A DNA stretch of 64,000 nt from Octopus vulgaris (GCA_951406725.2 OX597835.1:2294001-2358000), one strand, 5' to 3'. Positions 26,766 through 41,407 are shown, numbered from the stretch's first letter. Program-made: numbers and translations. The notes: generated by a model not told the origin, from the sequence alone.

Positions 26766-29574
26766 GGTGGAGGTGAAAAGCATTCTAGCCATGACGACCT
26801 CATCTTATCTTAAGAACTAGTCAACTCTGCCCTATTGAACTGCATTATCAAATCTTTTTTTTAATACGATGTGATATACTGATTTGAGGAAAATTTGGTT
26901 GCCATTTCTTGTAGGCCGTGTAATCACATAGAGACTCTCCCATTTGTCTGGAGTGAAGTGGATCCACGATGTTTTTAGCATGTTACAACATGTTTTAACA
27001 TGTCAAGTGACCTGTCAACTTGTTTATAAACATTGTCGTGGAGGTTGACAAGAGACAGTTTGGAGACATTGATTGAATCGGCGGCGGCGGCGAGTTGGCA
27101 GAAACGTTAGCACTACGTTCTGAGTTCAAATTCCGCCGAGGTCGACTCTGCTTTTCATCCTTTCAGGGTGAATAAATTAAGTACCAGTTGCGTACTAGGG
27201 TCGATCTAATCGACTGCCCCCCCCCCCCCAATTTCGGGCCTTGTGCTTAAAGTAAAAAAAAAAATATTGATTGAATATTTTGGTATATACGGTGGTGGTG
27301 AACACCGACTACCCCCAGTCTGTCTGCTGGATAGTCATGGTTGGAATGTCTTTCATCATCAGTTTGCTCTCCCAGGATTGACCTGAAGTTAAACAAAATT
27401 TCCCTTTCATTTATTTTTCTCTTCTGTCTTTTCCTCCATTTCCTTCTTTCTCCTGTCGTCTGCTGCCTTCTTTTCGTTCATCTCCCGCCTGTCTTTTTCT
27501 ACATTCCATTCTTTCTTCCATCTAATGTTACTTTCCATCCTTTCTACTGCTTTTTTCTCTCTTCCTTCTATCATTATTCATTTCATTCCTATGTTTGCCG
27601 CTTATTTTTCTTCATTCTGTCGTCTGCTTACCTTTCCATCGTCTGTCTTCTGCCCATTTGTCGTCTGCTTACCTTTCTTTCTCCATTTTCTGTCCTTTGG
27701 CTTCTGATATTAAGCAAACAAAACAAATCTTTCTACGAATAATTCATTCCTATAGAAGAATTTAAATTCAGCATAGCGAGTCGCTGAACGACCTTCCAGA
27801 AATAGCAGCCAAATTAACTTAATGAAATCTTATATATACTAGAAAACAGATTAGTCATGTTTGTAATGGTTTTGTTAACGGAGCTGATATATCTGATTGA
27901 TATGGTCACAGGTTATCAGTTGTGTTTATCATGTGATTATAAAGATGGGTGTAGCATCGTTGTGTATCTTGTGACTCGGTAAATATAGGGGGCCTGTTTT
28001 TACAGCATAGACCCAGTTTAACAGGTCACAATGCAGATGGAGGTGGGGCGGCTACTGTTTTACTTTTTAACTTTTTATTCATTTCAGCAGTTGATCTCCG
28101 GCCATGCTAGGGCACACGTCGGAATATCTAGTCGATTAAATCGACTCCGTATTTACATGTCTGGCCCTTAACATGTCGGTCTCTTTTGCCTAAATGCTAT
28201 GTTACAGGGACGTACAGCGACACGAACAGAAAACTGCATGCACAAACACAGACAGACAAATAGAGACTTTGGCAAAGATACAAGGGACTTCCACTCTGTT
28301 TCCGTTTACCGAATTCACTGACAAATACCTTAAATCATTCATAACTTAGAATAAGCAACATTTATTAAACGTTATTACTGTTATTTCTTTATTTTCTGCA
28401 AACAAAATGCACAAAAAAGCTACACGTTTGCATTATGTTATATATACCAAAATAAGCTAGAGAAGGGGTGCGTATTATACACAAGGTTTAGGTTTTTCAG
28501 AGGCACAGCCCCCTAAAAATCCCCTGCGTATTATACTCGAGGATTTACGGTATGCAAAAACAAAATAAAAAGGGGAGGAGAAAATTGAGTTTCGTTGGGG
28601 CTTTCCATTTTCCTGTAATTTAAAAAAAACTTTTTTTTTAGTTTTTACTTTTCGAATACTTTTAAAATTTGTTTCATGTAATTTGAAAAAAATCACAATT
28701 TCAGATGCTTGAGACATAGATGTAAAAAAATAAAAATTTCAAAAGAAAGTAAAAGCTCGAAAATTACACAAAGTGGGCCAAAAGACCAACTCCCTCCACG
28801 CATTTCATTTCATATTTATTTTTCAAAGAATCTAAATTTACAAAGCTTAAAACACATTCATTAGAAGAAATTGTGGTTAATGTTTACATCTGGACGCGGA
28901 AACGAAACTCCAAAAACTATTCTGGAATGGATGTAAAACAATGTGTGGGAAAGGAATATTTTTAAAAAATGCGCGCAAAGCAACGGAAGGGTTGGGACTT
29001 CGGAAAATTCACAAGATCCGAGTTTTTCCTTCGTAACTTTTAGGAAAATGAATTTTTAAAAAATTTTTCAATGAAATTTTATAGAAATACCCTTCAAACA
29101 GCATTCATTACGATTATAAAGAAATCTGTAGAGGAAAATCTTTTCCAAGAGGGTGCGGAGAGGAGTTCGGAAAATTCACAAGATCCAAGCTTTTCCTTCG
29201 CAACTTTTTAGGAAAATGGGGATTTTTTCAATGAAATTTTATAGAAATGTTTTGGCTTCGTTTTGGTTTCCTTTTATCTTCAGTTATTTTTACGTTTTTT
29301 TTTTAACCCTTCAGTAGTTATTCTCATTTATCTTTTATTACTTTCTCTTTCTCTCTATCTATATATATAGAGAGATAAATACGTTATATATACATACATC
29401 CATATACACATACTCATATATATATATATATATATAAATACACATACACACATATGTAGTATATGAGAAGATTACATTGTTTTACACCATTTTATTCCTT
29501 TGAATAATACCAATGTTGACTTCGAAACATATGTCGGAAGTAAAAGAATTTGAACAACACCTGCATTTAACTCC

Positions 29575-29802
<228 letters not shown>

Positions 29803-30409
29803 CCAAAGAAATCTTCTTTTTTTTTTAAATGCACTTTTGAAGGTGAGGTGCGAAACTGTATCACAGCCTCCTTTCTTTACCCATATTTTAAGATGACATT
29901 TTGCGGAAATACGTTTTATCGAGTGTGGAATTACATTAGATTGAAAAACCAAAGAAGTTTAAAAAGAATAATAAACGAATGGTGAGGTTATAAAAATTGT
30001 TGGTAACGATGTCTGGACGAGGAAAACCATGTTAGTGTTTGTGTGAAACAAGTCAAAGTGGATTGAAACAATGTCTGTTACATACCTGCTAAAATTACTG
30101 GATATATAGATCCCAGGATGTATAAGCCCTGATGTTGCAAAACGATCTTGAAATGGCATCAATTGTTTCTACTTTCCTTTTGCAATTTTTGGCGCCGAAA
30201 TTTTAATTCGATTATGTATGGGGAGAGAGAGGGGGAGGAGAGAGTGGGTGAGTAAGTAAAGGTGTGTTTTATCATTTATGTATTGGGGGGGGGGGCTGTA
30301 CAATATAAAGTTTGAAATGCAATTTTTTTTGCAGATTCGGAATCTCCGCCCTCAATATAGTGTGTTCATGTAAAAATAAAACCCCAAAAATATCCCAAAG
30401 GGGGTGCGA

Positions 30410-31031
30410 TCCATCATCTTAACCGAGTGTGTGGAGATTACACTGGCTTACCAAATTATCAGTCCTAACAGTGGTTCCTGGAAGAACGTTTTGTCTGAGA
30501 CCATTCTCCAACGTCTCTGTACTCCCATCGGGTACAGGTTGAAGAAATCTTTTTCTGGTTGTGGTGTCATAACATCCGACAACCCAAGTTTTGCGACTCA
30601 TTCTTCCAACATTGTTCTTGCTATTGAAGAACAAGCTGTCATCGATCTCCACCGTATGATCCGGACCGCCAACGAGAGTTTTATCCGGCAGCAATTTTGC
30701 CGAACAAGCATCTCTACAGAACTGGTACCACTGAACGGCAGTTTTAATATCAATGCAATTCATACTTGCAGACATCGTCAAAGGCAGTTCGAAAATAAAT
30801 TCAAACACTAAATGAGAAATTACATATAATGGCAGCTTAGAGTTTTTTAATTGTTTTACTTTTAGCGCACTTTCTATTGACAAACCCGTCGATAGAACGA
30901 CTAGAATTTTGAAAATTCATCGAATGTGTGCAAGCACACGTTTTTTTTCGTTGGCAATGTTTTGTCTTCAGATAATCTATAATGTTCTCTGGTGCAAAGT
31001 ACAGTAAAAGTTCCAGTCTGGGCGTACACAA
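30410..31031 (-). mobile_element. Merlin (IS1595/ISXO2-like) DDE transposase relic
   Basis: VGGPDHTVEIDDSLF..K.NVGR...WVVG...VP....TL....NVLPGTTVRTD; frameshifted N-terminal Cys-rich piece at 30837..31031; truncated before the last catalytic residue. Confidence 0.8.
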
Positions 31032-31595
31032 TGTAAAATAAATTCAGAAAAATAGCAACAGTTGCTTCTTTTTAAAGGGTACAAATATTGTGAAGATGGT
31101 GATGATAATTGTTGTAGAATTCCGCCGAGGTCGACTTTGCCTTTCATCCTTTCGGTCTCGATAAATTAAGTACCAGTTACGCACTGGGGTCGATGTAATA
31201 GACTTAATCCGTTTGTCTGTCCTTGTTTGTCCCCTCTACGTTTAGCCCCTTGTGGGTAGTAAAGAAACAGATAATTGTTGCTGATGGGATGGTTGTGGTT
31301 GCTTCTCGATATCAATTAGAGTTTACGGAAATAATGTACGAATTAATCCTTCGAATTTATTTTTAATTGTGATAATGAAACAATGGGTTCAGTCCTTACC
31401 GCCAAAATTAATTTATCTTGCAAAAGAACACCCCCTACACACACACACACACATATAATTTCAGAAGCATAGCAACAGTAGCTTCTTGTTGTGAAGAAGA
31501 TGATGATGATGATGATCGTTGCTGATGGGATGGTCAGACGCACACACACACACGTCTACACACACACATCTACACACACACGCACGCACACACAC

Positions 31596-31629
<34 letters not shown>

Positions 31630-32140
31630 CTACACACACACACATCTACACACACACGCACACACACACACATCTACACACACACACATCTACATACACA
31701 CACATCTACACGCACACACACACACATCTACACATAGACGCACGTAGATGAACATAGATGAAGCCGCATTTTGGAAGTATGTTAAAGTTTTTAGTAGACG
31801 TGTTTGCTTCTATAAGAATCGCTTACCTTTAAAGCGAAAAAACAAGACCCACGTATACAACAGGTATGTATATATAACATGCTGTTTCACTTGTTTCAGA
31901 CGTTCATTTTCTGTCAGCTGTTGAGACTGTTGCGCGCACGCGCGCCTTTTATTGCTGAGTGGGGAGGTGGGGGTGTGGGGGTCAATTTTGGAGTTTTTCA
32001 GGGTGAATATGTTCCGTAAGACATCTCCGGCGTTAGAAATTGTGCAAAGGCAACAACAACAACAGCAACAACAACAACAGCAACAACAACAACAACAACA
32101 ACAACAATAATAATAATAAAAAAAAAAAAAAATAATAATA

Positions 32141-32181
<41 letters not shown>

Positions 32182-32409
32182 CATTATTATTATTATTATT
32201 ACTTTTTTTTTCTTCTTTCAAATTTGCTTCCATTTCTTGCCGAGTGTCTTCCCGATTCCTAGGGCAAAGAAACTCATAGTATACATTGGTAGGCCATTAA
32301 ACTAAACTCACTAGTTCGTTCATTTTTTTTCATTTTTTATTATTATTATTACTATTATTATTATTATTACTATTATTATTATTGATAATCATGTGTTTGT
32401 TTCTTTCAG

Positions 32410-32577
32410 GAATATCTGCTGGTGTTTAGCCAACCGTCAGAGATTCTAAACAAAGCCGACTGCATCATTCAGATTCTACAGCAGTTAATACCAGACGGCT
32501 TGTTATTATTTAGGTGTCAACGTGTTATGAGACAACTTGAAAAAGAACTTGACAGCTCAATGAAACAAGTGGACTAA
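32410..32577 (+). CDS. AP5S1: AP-5 complex subunit sigma-1, exon 2
   Basis: ttctttcag|; EYLLVFSQPSEILNKADCIIQILQQLIPDGLLLFRCQRVMRQLEKELDSSMKQVD* matches the AP5S1 C-terminus (AD.I..IL...LP.G.LLF...LEKE); total 198 aa. Confidence 0.9.
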   Translation, partial: EYLLVFSQPSEILNKADCIIQILQQLIPDGLLLFRCQRVMRQLEKELDSSMKQVD

Positions 32578-32684
32578 GGTGTCCGATTGGATGGCAGGTG
32601 TTTTTCAATATCAATATTTGACAGCCACACACACACTACACACATACACACACACACTTTCACACACACACACACACACACACA

Positions 32685-32715
<31 letters not shown>

Positions 32716-32935
32716 ATAAATCTCAGAGCGAGTTATAAACAGTAGCAGTAACAGATATCTTCCTGGGCTACAAACTACAGTAGCATCCACCCTTAGGGGT
32801 TAGCCATGTTCAAATGGCAAATATGCGACTATATATATGTATTTATGCATATATTCAGATGAATATGGTACTTAAGTTGAGGCACCAGAATTTAGTACGG
32901 TGTTATCCATACAATTTCAAAGTAAGGTGATTAAA

Positions 32936-33338
32936 ATCAAAATAAGCAACAAGGATATCCAGAGGTAATGTAGTACGATCGTTTCATGCAACTCCATTTA
33001 ATTGAACAATGCAATCATTACATCGATTTAAAATGCAGAGCAATCTTCAGCTGCTCAAAGACATAGAATTAAATTAAATTAGAACAGATGGACACATTAG
33101 TATAATTATACCTAAAATCTCCAAGAAGTTAAGGAGATAGACAAAGAACATGTCAAGAACATGTCACTCCAGTTTAGAAGTTCAATCTGTTCTAATTTAA
33201 TTAAATTCTATGCCTTTGTGCAACTGAAGATTGCTCTGCATTTTAAATTGATGTAATGATTGCATTGTTCAATTAAATGGAGTTGCATGAAACGATCGTA
33301 CTGCATTACCTCTGGATATCCTTGTTGCTTATTTTGAT
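32936..33338. mobile_element. fold-back element with a hammerhead motif on each arm (Penelope-like end)
   Basis: arms of about 155 bp; + CTGAAGA 33224-33230 ... GAAACGATCGTA 33289-33300; mirror copy on - at 32969-33054; (TA)n flank. Confidence 0.75.
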
Positions 33339-33962
33339 ATATATATATATATGTGCTGTAATGTTAAATAGTATTATAGGTTATTTATGCTGCCATATCT
33401 CTGCAGTTTAACCATTGTGGGTGGTTCAAATGTCATGTGATGACCCCTATTCATGTGTGTACATAGCCATCTTTAGAAACAGAGCAGACCATCACATACT
33501 TTTTGAATAAGCCACAATGGAGAACCTGTACAGTAATGGTAGCAGAAAGAACCCATTACACTCTTCAGCATACACAATTACATGCATATGTACACGTACA
33601 CACACACACACATATTAGATATTTATACATAAAAGCACTGTAACATTCTATGGGCTGTGCAATACCAAATACATAATTAAACCAATATTTAACCAAATAT
33701 GATTATAAATATTATATGAATAAGAAAAAATTCATATTTAAATAAATTTTATGAAGAAAGCAAATTTTCACCAAAGATGAATTTGAAAATATAAATTATA
33801 AGGAATATAAATGAGTGTATATTGGGTCATATATTACTTAAAAAAGAACAAATTAATTAAAAAAAATAAAATGAGTTTTCATCAAATATATAAATTTAAA
33901 GATATCAACACTGCATCTTATACCTGCAATGTAAATGTATATATGTGTGAGTGTGAGTGTGT

Positions 33963-34001
<39 letters not shown>

Positions 34002-34066
34002 TGTGTGTGTGTGCATATGTGTGTATGTGTGTGTGAGTGTGAGTGTGTGTGTATGTGTGTGTGTGT

Positions 34067-34118
<52 letters not shown>

Positions 34119-34273
34119 GGGTATATTTTTGATTAAATATACATGTATAATGAACAATACCATGTTAATTGTACACAGTAAATATGGGAGACAACTCCAG
34201 GTATGGTTCGATCTTATAAGCCCTCCTCAGTGAAACTGAGACTTTACGTACTTGCCAAAGTAGTGATGAGTGA

Positions 34274-34373
<100 letters not shown>

Positions 34374-34446
34374 GTATATATATATATGTATGTATATATA
34401 TATATGTATGTATATATATATATATGTATGTATATATATATATATG

Positions 34447-34512
<66 letters not shown>

Positions 34513-35208
34513 TACATTATGGTGCATGAGTACATGTGTAAAAAATTCGCATATTTTAGAGACTACATCACTCTGAGTAGTTTTTAATTCAACTATTGTT
34601 TTTTCGTGGATAACATCTCTGTGTATATTTATTCTCTAAAACAAACACCTGTGGTGTTGTATCCTAATATTATACAAATATGTATATGTTTGACCAAATA
34701 TTCATCACTGATGTTTGCTACAAGCTGTGAAATATCCAAATATCATATGATTTTTTTTGAGTGACTTGCTAAAATGTAAAGACAGTATCAAAATCTATAT
34801 ATGTTACTTTATTGGCTGTGTAATATTTAAATTGATTGTATAAAGTAGGGAATGTCAAACCAAATATTACCAAAATCATTGTGATTATATTTGATTTTTG
34901 CTTCTCATCCCTCCATGGTTGATAAAACAAGTACCAATTGTCTATATCCTACCCTTACAGATTTGTGCCAATGTAAAAATATTTATTACATAATTAATGT
35001 ATTTTTGAACAAAGATATATATATATATAAATTTAATGTATGTTTGACCAAATGGATGCTCATCCAAATACAAAACTAAATGTACCTTTAATCATGTTGA
35101 ACTATACCTGTTTAAATATATAACAAAGTCCCTGTTTAATCAAACAGAAGTTTGTTGTCCAAATATTTAACTGTTTCATGAAATAAGGGTGTATTTGTCT
35201 AAAATATA

Positions 35209-35719
35209 CCGTAAATCCTCGAGTATAATCCGCATTTCCCCCCAAAATTTAAAGGTCAAAATCCCTAGTGCGTACTATATACGAGGTTACAAATGAAAAT
35301 TATTTTCTAAGCAATGTCCGAGTCTCTATTTGCTGTCCGGCAATGTTTATTCAGATGCATTTTGTGATGTCGGGCGCGAAAATACCTTAAGCTAAACCTG
35401 AAAGCAATGAAGTCATAAAAGAATCATCCATAACTTGCAGTAAACAACATTTATTAAACATTATTACTGTTATTTCTTTATCTTCTGCAAACAAAATGCA
35501 CAAAAAAGCTACACGTTTGCATTATGTTATATATACCAAAATAATAAAGGACGTTACCGTATACATTTTTACAAACCAAGGACATTATATAGACCTCCTT
35601 GACTCAAGTTAGAGAAGGGGTGCGTATTATACACAAGATTTAGGTTTTTCAGAGGTACAGCCCCCTAAAAATCCCCTGCGTATTATACTCAAGGGCGGAC
35701 TATACTCGAGGATTTATGG
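35209..35719. mobile_element. pogo/Tigger-type (Tc1/mariner) MITE
   Basis: TA|CCGTAAATCCTCGAGTATA ... TATACTCGAGGATTTATGG|TA; internally deleted partial copy at about 28337-28550. Confidence 0.8.
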
Positions 35720-36307
35720 TATATACTTGTATGTTTGACAAGATAAGGGTATGTTTACTCAAGTATATAACTAAATGCATGTTTGACCAAATAGAGACTT
35801 GTTTGTTTAAATATATAACTGAAGGAATTATTTATAAAATATGGGTATGTTTGTCCAAATATATAACTAAAAGAATGTTTAACAATATATATATATATTT
35901 ATGAATGTGTGTGTGTGCGTGTGTATTTTGTATACTTACACACAATAATAAATTTCCTCATAAGAAGCATGCATACATAGCAAAATCTAAGGCTTCAGTT
36001 GCATGCATGAAATACTTATATTAGCCAACACTCTGTATAATAAACAATGGTAAAAGTATATTCCTGACCAAAACCGAAAGTCCAAAAGTAAAATGGATTT
36101 AATACTAACACAACAACAAAAATAACAACTTTCTCTTTAAGAGCAGCACATGTGTTTAAAAAGGTTAAACGAAAGCGCTCGTACACTAAAAAGACAAATT
36201 CTTCCCCAAAAAGGTTAGTGACATTCTTATAGAAAATGTCATTATATGTTACACTTCAAAACTCTATTAAGCAATTCTCATAGACTTTCATATATGTACG
36301 TGTGTAT

Positions 36308-36360
<53 letters not shown>

Positions 36361-37198
36361 GTAGATATATATATATATGTATATGTATAGGGAGAGTTTA
36401 CGAAAAAAGCAAAAGACGAAGACTGGTGGTGTACAAAACAAACAGATGTATTAGTATAACGCTCAGGGATAGAAAAAGTCTTTTACGTTTCGAGCCTACG
36501 CTCTTCTACAGAAAGGGACACAGAAAAAACAAGGAGAGATGCTTAGTGGTATTTCATGCCTTTATGTTCTGAGTTCAAATTCCGCTGGGGTTGACTTTAT
36601 CTTTTTATCCTTTTGTAATTGATGAAATATGTACCAGTTGAGTACTGGGGTCAAGGTAATTGCCTACTCTCTTCCCCCAAATTTTAACCCTTATTCCTAT
36701 AGTAGAAAGGATTATTATTATTATTATCGTCTTTTTTTATTAAGACCGTTGAAATGCCAGTACATTATTCTATTGAATGCTTGATATTTATCATACAAGT
36801 TTTTATTTTTTGTTTGTCTTTTTTATTATTGTCTTTGTTTTCCTCCAGAAAGCTGTGAACCACCCAATATTATATTTATTATATAAATAAGAAACTCCCA
36901 TGTTTCCAAAGGTGAATTATTCAAACCCCAAAGAATTCCTCTCAACACATGGCTATCATGCTCTCCCACTACTTCTGCTCGTGATCAGAGATGCATGTAT
37001 CATCAGCCACTAAGGGACATGCTCAACTGGTTAAGGTCAAACAACTGACAAGCAGAATATTTGCTGTAGCCCATCTTTTATACCAAGACAAAACAATGTA
37101 CATGTACAATGTACACTTCCAATCAGTTAAGTTCAGAAGCCACGAGAGCCACTGCCTGCGACTGCATTATCATTATCATTATTATTATTATTGTTATT

Positions 37199-37253
<55 letters not shown>

Positions 37254-38561
37254 GTTACAGTTACAGAGCTTTAAATTTTGAGTTTTTCAAATTCTACCAG
37301 AGTCCCAGAGCCTATAGAATATACAGTGAATGGAGTTAATTCAATGAAGGATACACTCCTTCACTTCCTATTTGTGAATTTCTAGCACAGTTCCAATTGG
37401 ATATCCATATCAACACAGTTGCACTGATAAAGAAAACACATGCCACCCCTGTTTGTGTTGTATTTACCTCATACCCTCCACATATGAACATCATTAAATA
37501 AAGTCTAACCATATGTAATGTAATGAACCAAATAAAATTTCTTATCAATTCAAGTTTATACCCATAATAAAAAAAAAAAAAGAAGACAAACAAATTCCTG
37601 CTCCTGATAATTCTTGCCAAAAGCAAAAAACAAACAAATCCAAAATTCCAATTGATTACAAAGTGAATGTGAGTCAGGGTGGGCGTTTTGGGGAAGTACT
37701 GTAACAACTCTGGACATGTTATTAGACTTCTTCAGCAAAGTATGGTCTTACATGTACTTATCAGACCTTGGAATCACTAAGATAATATATAATTCTTGAG
37801 TGAGATAAATATTCATTGATCAGGTCATTTAAAATGATATCATTTGAAAATTTCCCTTAAAAAAAAAAGACAAAAATGTTATTAAATGGTAGTTAACATG
37901 TTTAATTTTGCTATATTTCGGGATGGTCGTTTTCATTTTTTTCTCTCTTTTTTTTTTTGTCAAATAAACACACGCACTCTACATTCATTCTTCACTCGTT
38001 TATTACTGTTCTTATTTGATCTTAAGTCCATTGTCTGGAAATATTTCAGCACACACTTGTGACCTCTTCAGCAACCCTTTCCATCCATGTGTTTCCTCCT
38101 GCTCCACTTAGTTCATTCTCTCAAAAATACAAAAAGTAAAATCGACCATCCTGAAACATAACAAGTTCTGTTTCAACAGACAGTTTCACATCGGGAATCT
38201 TGTAAAACGATTTCATAAATGTAACATATTTAATGTAATCTACCAAATAAAAGGTTGATTCAGAAAGAAATGTCTGTTGTAGCATTAATGTGTCACAGTG
38301 TTTGGAGATAACAAGTCTTCATACAACAAGAACATTTGATGTGAATACCATTATTAACATTGTTTCAATGCCAAATATTTATTTCAGCTTGTATGAAAAT
38401 TATTGTTATGGATATGTTTTTACAAGATTTCTTTAAAAGATTATTTGATAAACAATTTATGTTTTAATATGGTCAATCTTATATAAATAGTAATTGATTT
38501 AAGAAAAATCTTTGGCTGTTTTTATCACTTGGTTGTAGACTTGATCTGTCAGCTGGTTTAA

Positions 38562-38762
38562 CCCTTTCGTTCTGTTGAGATGCTCTGTGTTTCTTTAAAT
38601 ATAACAAAGAATTTAGTAAAATAACTTCGTTATCATTCAGCTAGTGTTAGGAACATAAATTGTGACTAAGGTTTGCTGGAAGATTTTAATTCAAATCTTA
38701 TGAAAACAAGACATTTGTACTCAGAGCCAGATCCAGTTCCAGCCGGGTTGGTAGCGAAAGGC
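38562..38762. mobile_element. piggyBac-type MITE (second family)
   Basis: TTAA|CCCTTTCG...CGAAAGGC|TTAA. Confidence 0.75.
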
Positions 38763-39225
38763 TTAACACAACCAGATCATACTCAGATGCCATTTATAGG
38801 GTCCATTCTTTTGTGCTTGAAAGATAAACTTAATCTGCTGCCCCATTTAACATCACTTTATTGAAGCAGCCCCACTCTGTTGCAAGCAGGACTCCATTCT
38901 AAGAATAAATCATGGTCCCATCTTCTTGTTCTTCCTACCCACCATTGGGACCCAACAAATGTCACATCACTGCTTCCCTTCCTCCTCCTCTGGCAAACAT
39001 ATAAGGAATAAGTGTCGATATTATTTCATTTTTTTAAAAAATTCATTGTATTGTATATATATCAGATCCTTCCATGGTGACCTATTATAGAACTTATAGT
39101 ATTTTCTATGCAACAAAATTCCTTGAAATAAAAATGATGCTGCTGTAATGCCCTGTTGTCTTCATTATTTACATTATTTATTCATTATCAACATCCTCCT
39201 CCTCCTCCTCATCATCATTATCATC

Positions 39226-39257
<32 letters not shown>

Positions 39258-40105
39258 CATCAACATTTAACGTCCGTTTTCCGTGCTAGCACGGGTTGGA
39301 CGGTTTGACCGGGGTCTGGGAAGCCAGGTGGCTGCACCAGGTTCCAGTCTGATCTGGCAGTGTTTCTACAGCTGGATGCCTTTCCTAAAACCAACCACTC
39401 CGTGAGTGTAGTGGCTGCTTTTTACGTGCCACTGGCACAGCTGCCAGGGAGTCTGGCATCGGCCACGATCGGTTGGTGCTTTTAACGTGCCACCGGCATG
39501 GAAGCCAGCCAAGGTGGCGCTGGCATCGGCCACGTTCGGACAGTGCTTTTTATGTGCCACCGGCACAGGTATCACAACCACTATTTCCATTGATATTTAT
39601 ATAATATCTTAATATTCAAGCAGACATTGGTCAGGTAATATTACAAAATATTTGCCTAATAGTGCGCAAGCATGACTGTAGTAAGAAGTTCACTTCCCAG
39701 ACACAGGGTTCAACATCCAGTTTCACTGTGTGACACTTTGGTAAGTGTCTTCTACAATAGCCTCAGGCTAACTAAAGGAGTGGCTGTGTGGTAAGTAGCT
39801 TGCTTACCAACCGCATGGTTCCGGGTTCAGTCCAGTCTCACTGCGTGACACTTTGGCAAGTGTTTTCTACAATAGCCTCAAGTTAACTAAAGCCTTGTGA
39901 TGTGATGGCCTGGATCAACTTCCAACTGTTCTTTCATTTCATGACATGCATTTAGTCATGATGAAATATATATATATATGCATGTGTGTGTGTGCGTGTA
40001 TGTATACATATACGTATATATATATACACACACACACTTGCTTGAGTTGTCTAAGAGACCATAAGTCAGAGAGAAGATGTACTCATATAAGTGTAGCAGA
40101 GTAGG

Positions 40106-40874
40106 TATATTGTCTGAATTTTATAGTGTTTTGTATCCTTCACAGCTGGTCTTACCAATGTGTTTCACGTAAAATTATATCCCGGAGCGTTAGGCAAGAA
40201 ACCAATCATGCAAGATACGCTCGTCAGAGTTGGCTGATATGGAAGGGGAAAATGGTGACTGCTCTCCACTGCCAGAAGTGGATTAACACAACCAGTTGGC
40301 ATTTGCTGTGAAAAGGTGATGGAATAAAAAAAAGGGTTCCAGGCAAGTCTGCTATGAGTTATGTCCCTTGGTGAAGTCCGTAGTGACACTGGCAAAAAAA
40401 AACAGTTTTGAAGTGGGATAAGATTGTATTAAAAGTGTATGGTTTCTCTGCTGAGGAAGGGGATGTGTGAGGTGTGTGGTGTATGTAGGTGGGATGTGTG
40501 GTGTGTGCAGTGGTGCTAAATGTCTACATTTTTCTGGGGATGTCAAATGCATAGACTTATCCACACTTTCCCCACTTCAAATTTTATTTTTTGCCAGTGT
40601 CACGACGGACTTAACCAAGGGACATAACTCATAGCAGACTTGCCTGGAACCCTTTTTTCCATTCCATCACCTTTTCACAGCAAATGCCAACTGGTTGTGT
40701 TAATCCACCTTTTGGCAGTGAAGAACATTCACCATTTTCCCCTTCCATATCAGCCAACTCTGACGAACATATCTTGCATAATTGGTTTGTTGCCGAACAC
40801 TCCAGGATATAAGTTTATGTGAAACAGATTGTTAAGACCAGCTGTGAGGGAGACATAAAAACTATAAAATTCAG

Positions 40875-40880
<6 letters not shown>
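40106..40880. mobile_element. fold-back element (about 310-bp arms) with a hammerhead core on each arm
   Basis: + CTGACGA 40760-40766 ... GAAAC 40821-40825; mirror copy at 40162-40227; ends in (TA)n. Confidence 0.7.
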
Positions 40881-40949
<69 letters not shown>

Positions 40950-40952
<3 letters not shown>

Positions 40953-41250
40953 GCGCAATGACCCAGTGGTTAGGGCAGCGGACTCGCGATCGCAGGATTG
41001 CGGTTTCGATTCCCAGACCGGGCGTTGTGTTTATTGAGCGAAAACACCTAAAGCTCCACGAGGCTCCGGCAGGGGGGGGGTGCGGTCCCTGCTGTACTCT
41101 TCCGCTACAACTTTCTCTCACTCTTTCTTCTGTTGGCCTGCTCGCTTAGCCAGTGGGGTGGCGTCATTTGAAGGCTAAAACAATGCGAAGAGCATTGTGA
41201 CCAGCGATGTGTAGCAACATCTGATAGACTGGTCGGTCACGATGATCACA
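40950..41250 (+). mobile_element. tRNA-derived SINE, family B
   Basis: GGCGCAATGACCCAGTGGTTAGGGCA...GGTTTCGATTCC tRNA-like head; related pieces at 53835-54222(-), 10928-11087, 16385-16505(-). Confidence 0.7.
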
Positions 41251-41407
41251 ATGAGATATATATATATATATATATATATATAGGGCCTCTAATTTTCCTA
41301 ATAAGTTCGAAAGACCTATATATATATATATATATACTGACTGGGGGATCATATATCTGAGAAAGAAGCACACTCTAAAGTATAGATCAGGAATGTATTT
41401 CCATGCA

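Noticed and set aside
28998-29248. About 170-bp direct duplication (TTCGGAAAATTCACAAGATCC...)
   Set aside because: Probably internal repeats of an unclassified DNA element; no termini identified
38035-38075. Minus-strand CTGAAGA..GAAA motif
   Set aside because: Stem I and the cleavage site are too decayed to call individually; counted only as a relic
40950-41025. tRNA-like heads (also at 10362, 42581, 51630, 52451)
   Set aside because: They continue into repeated SINE bodies and lack a complete cloverleaf; not tRNA genes
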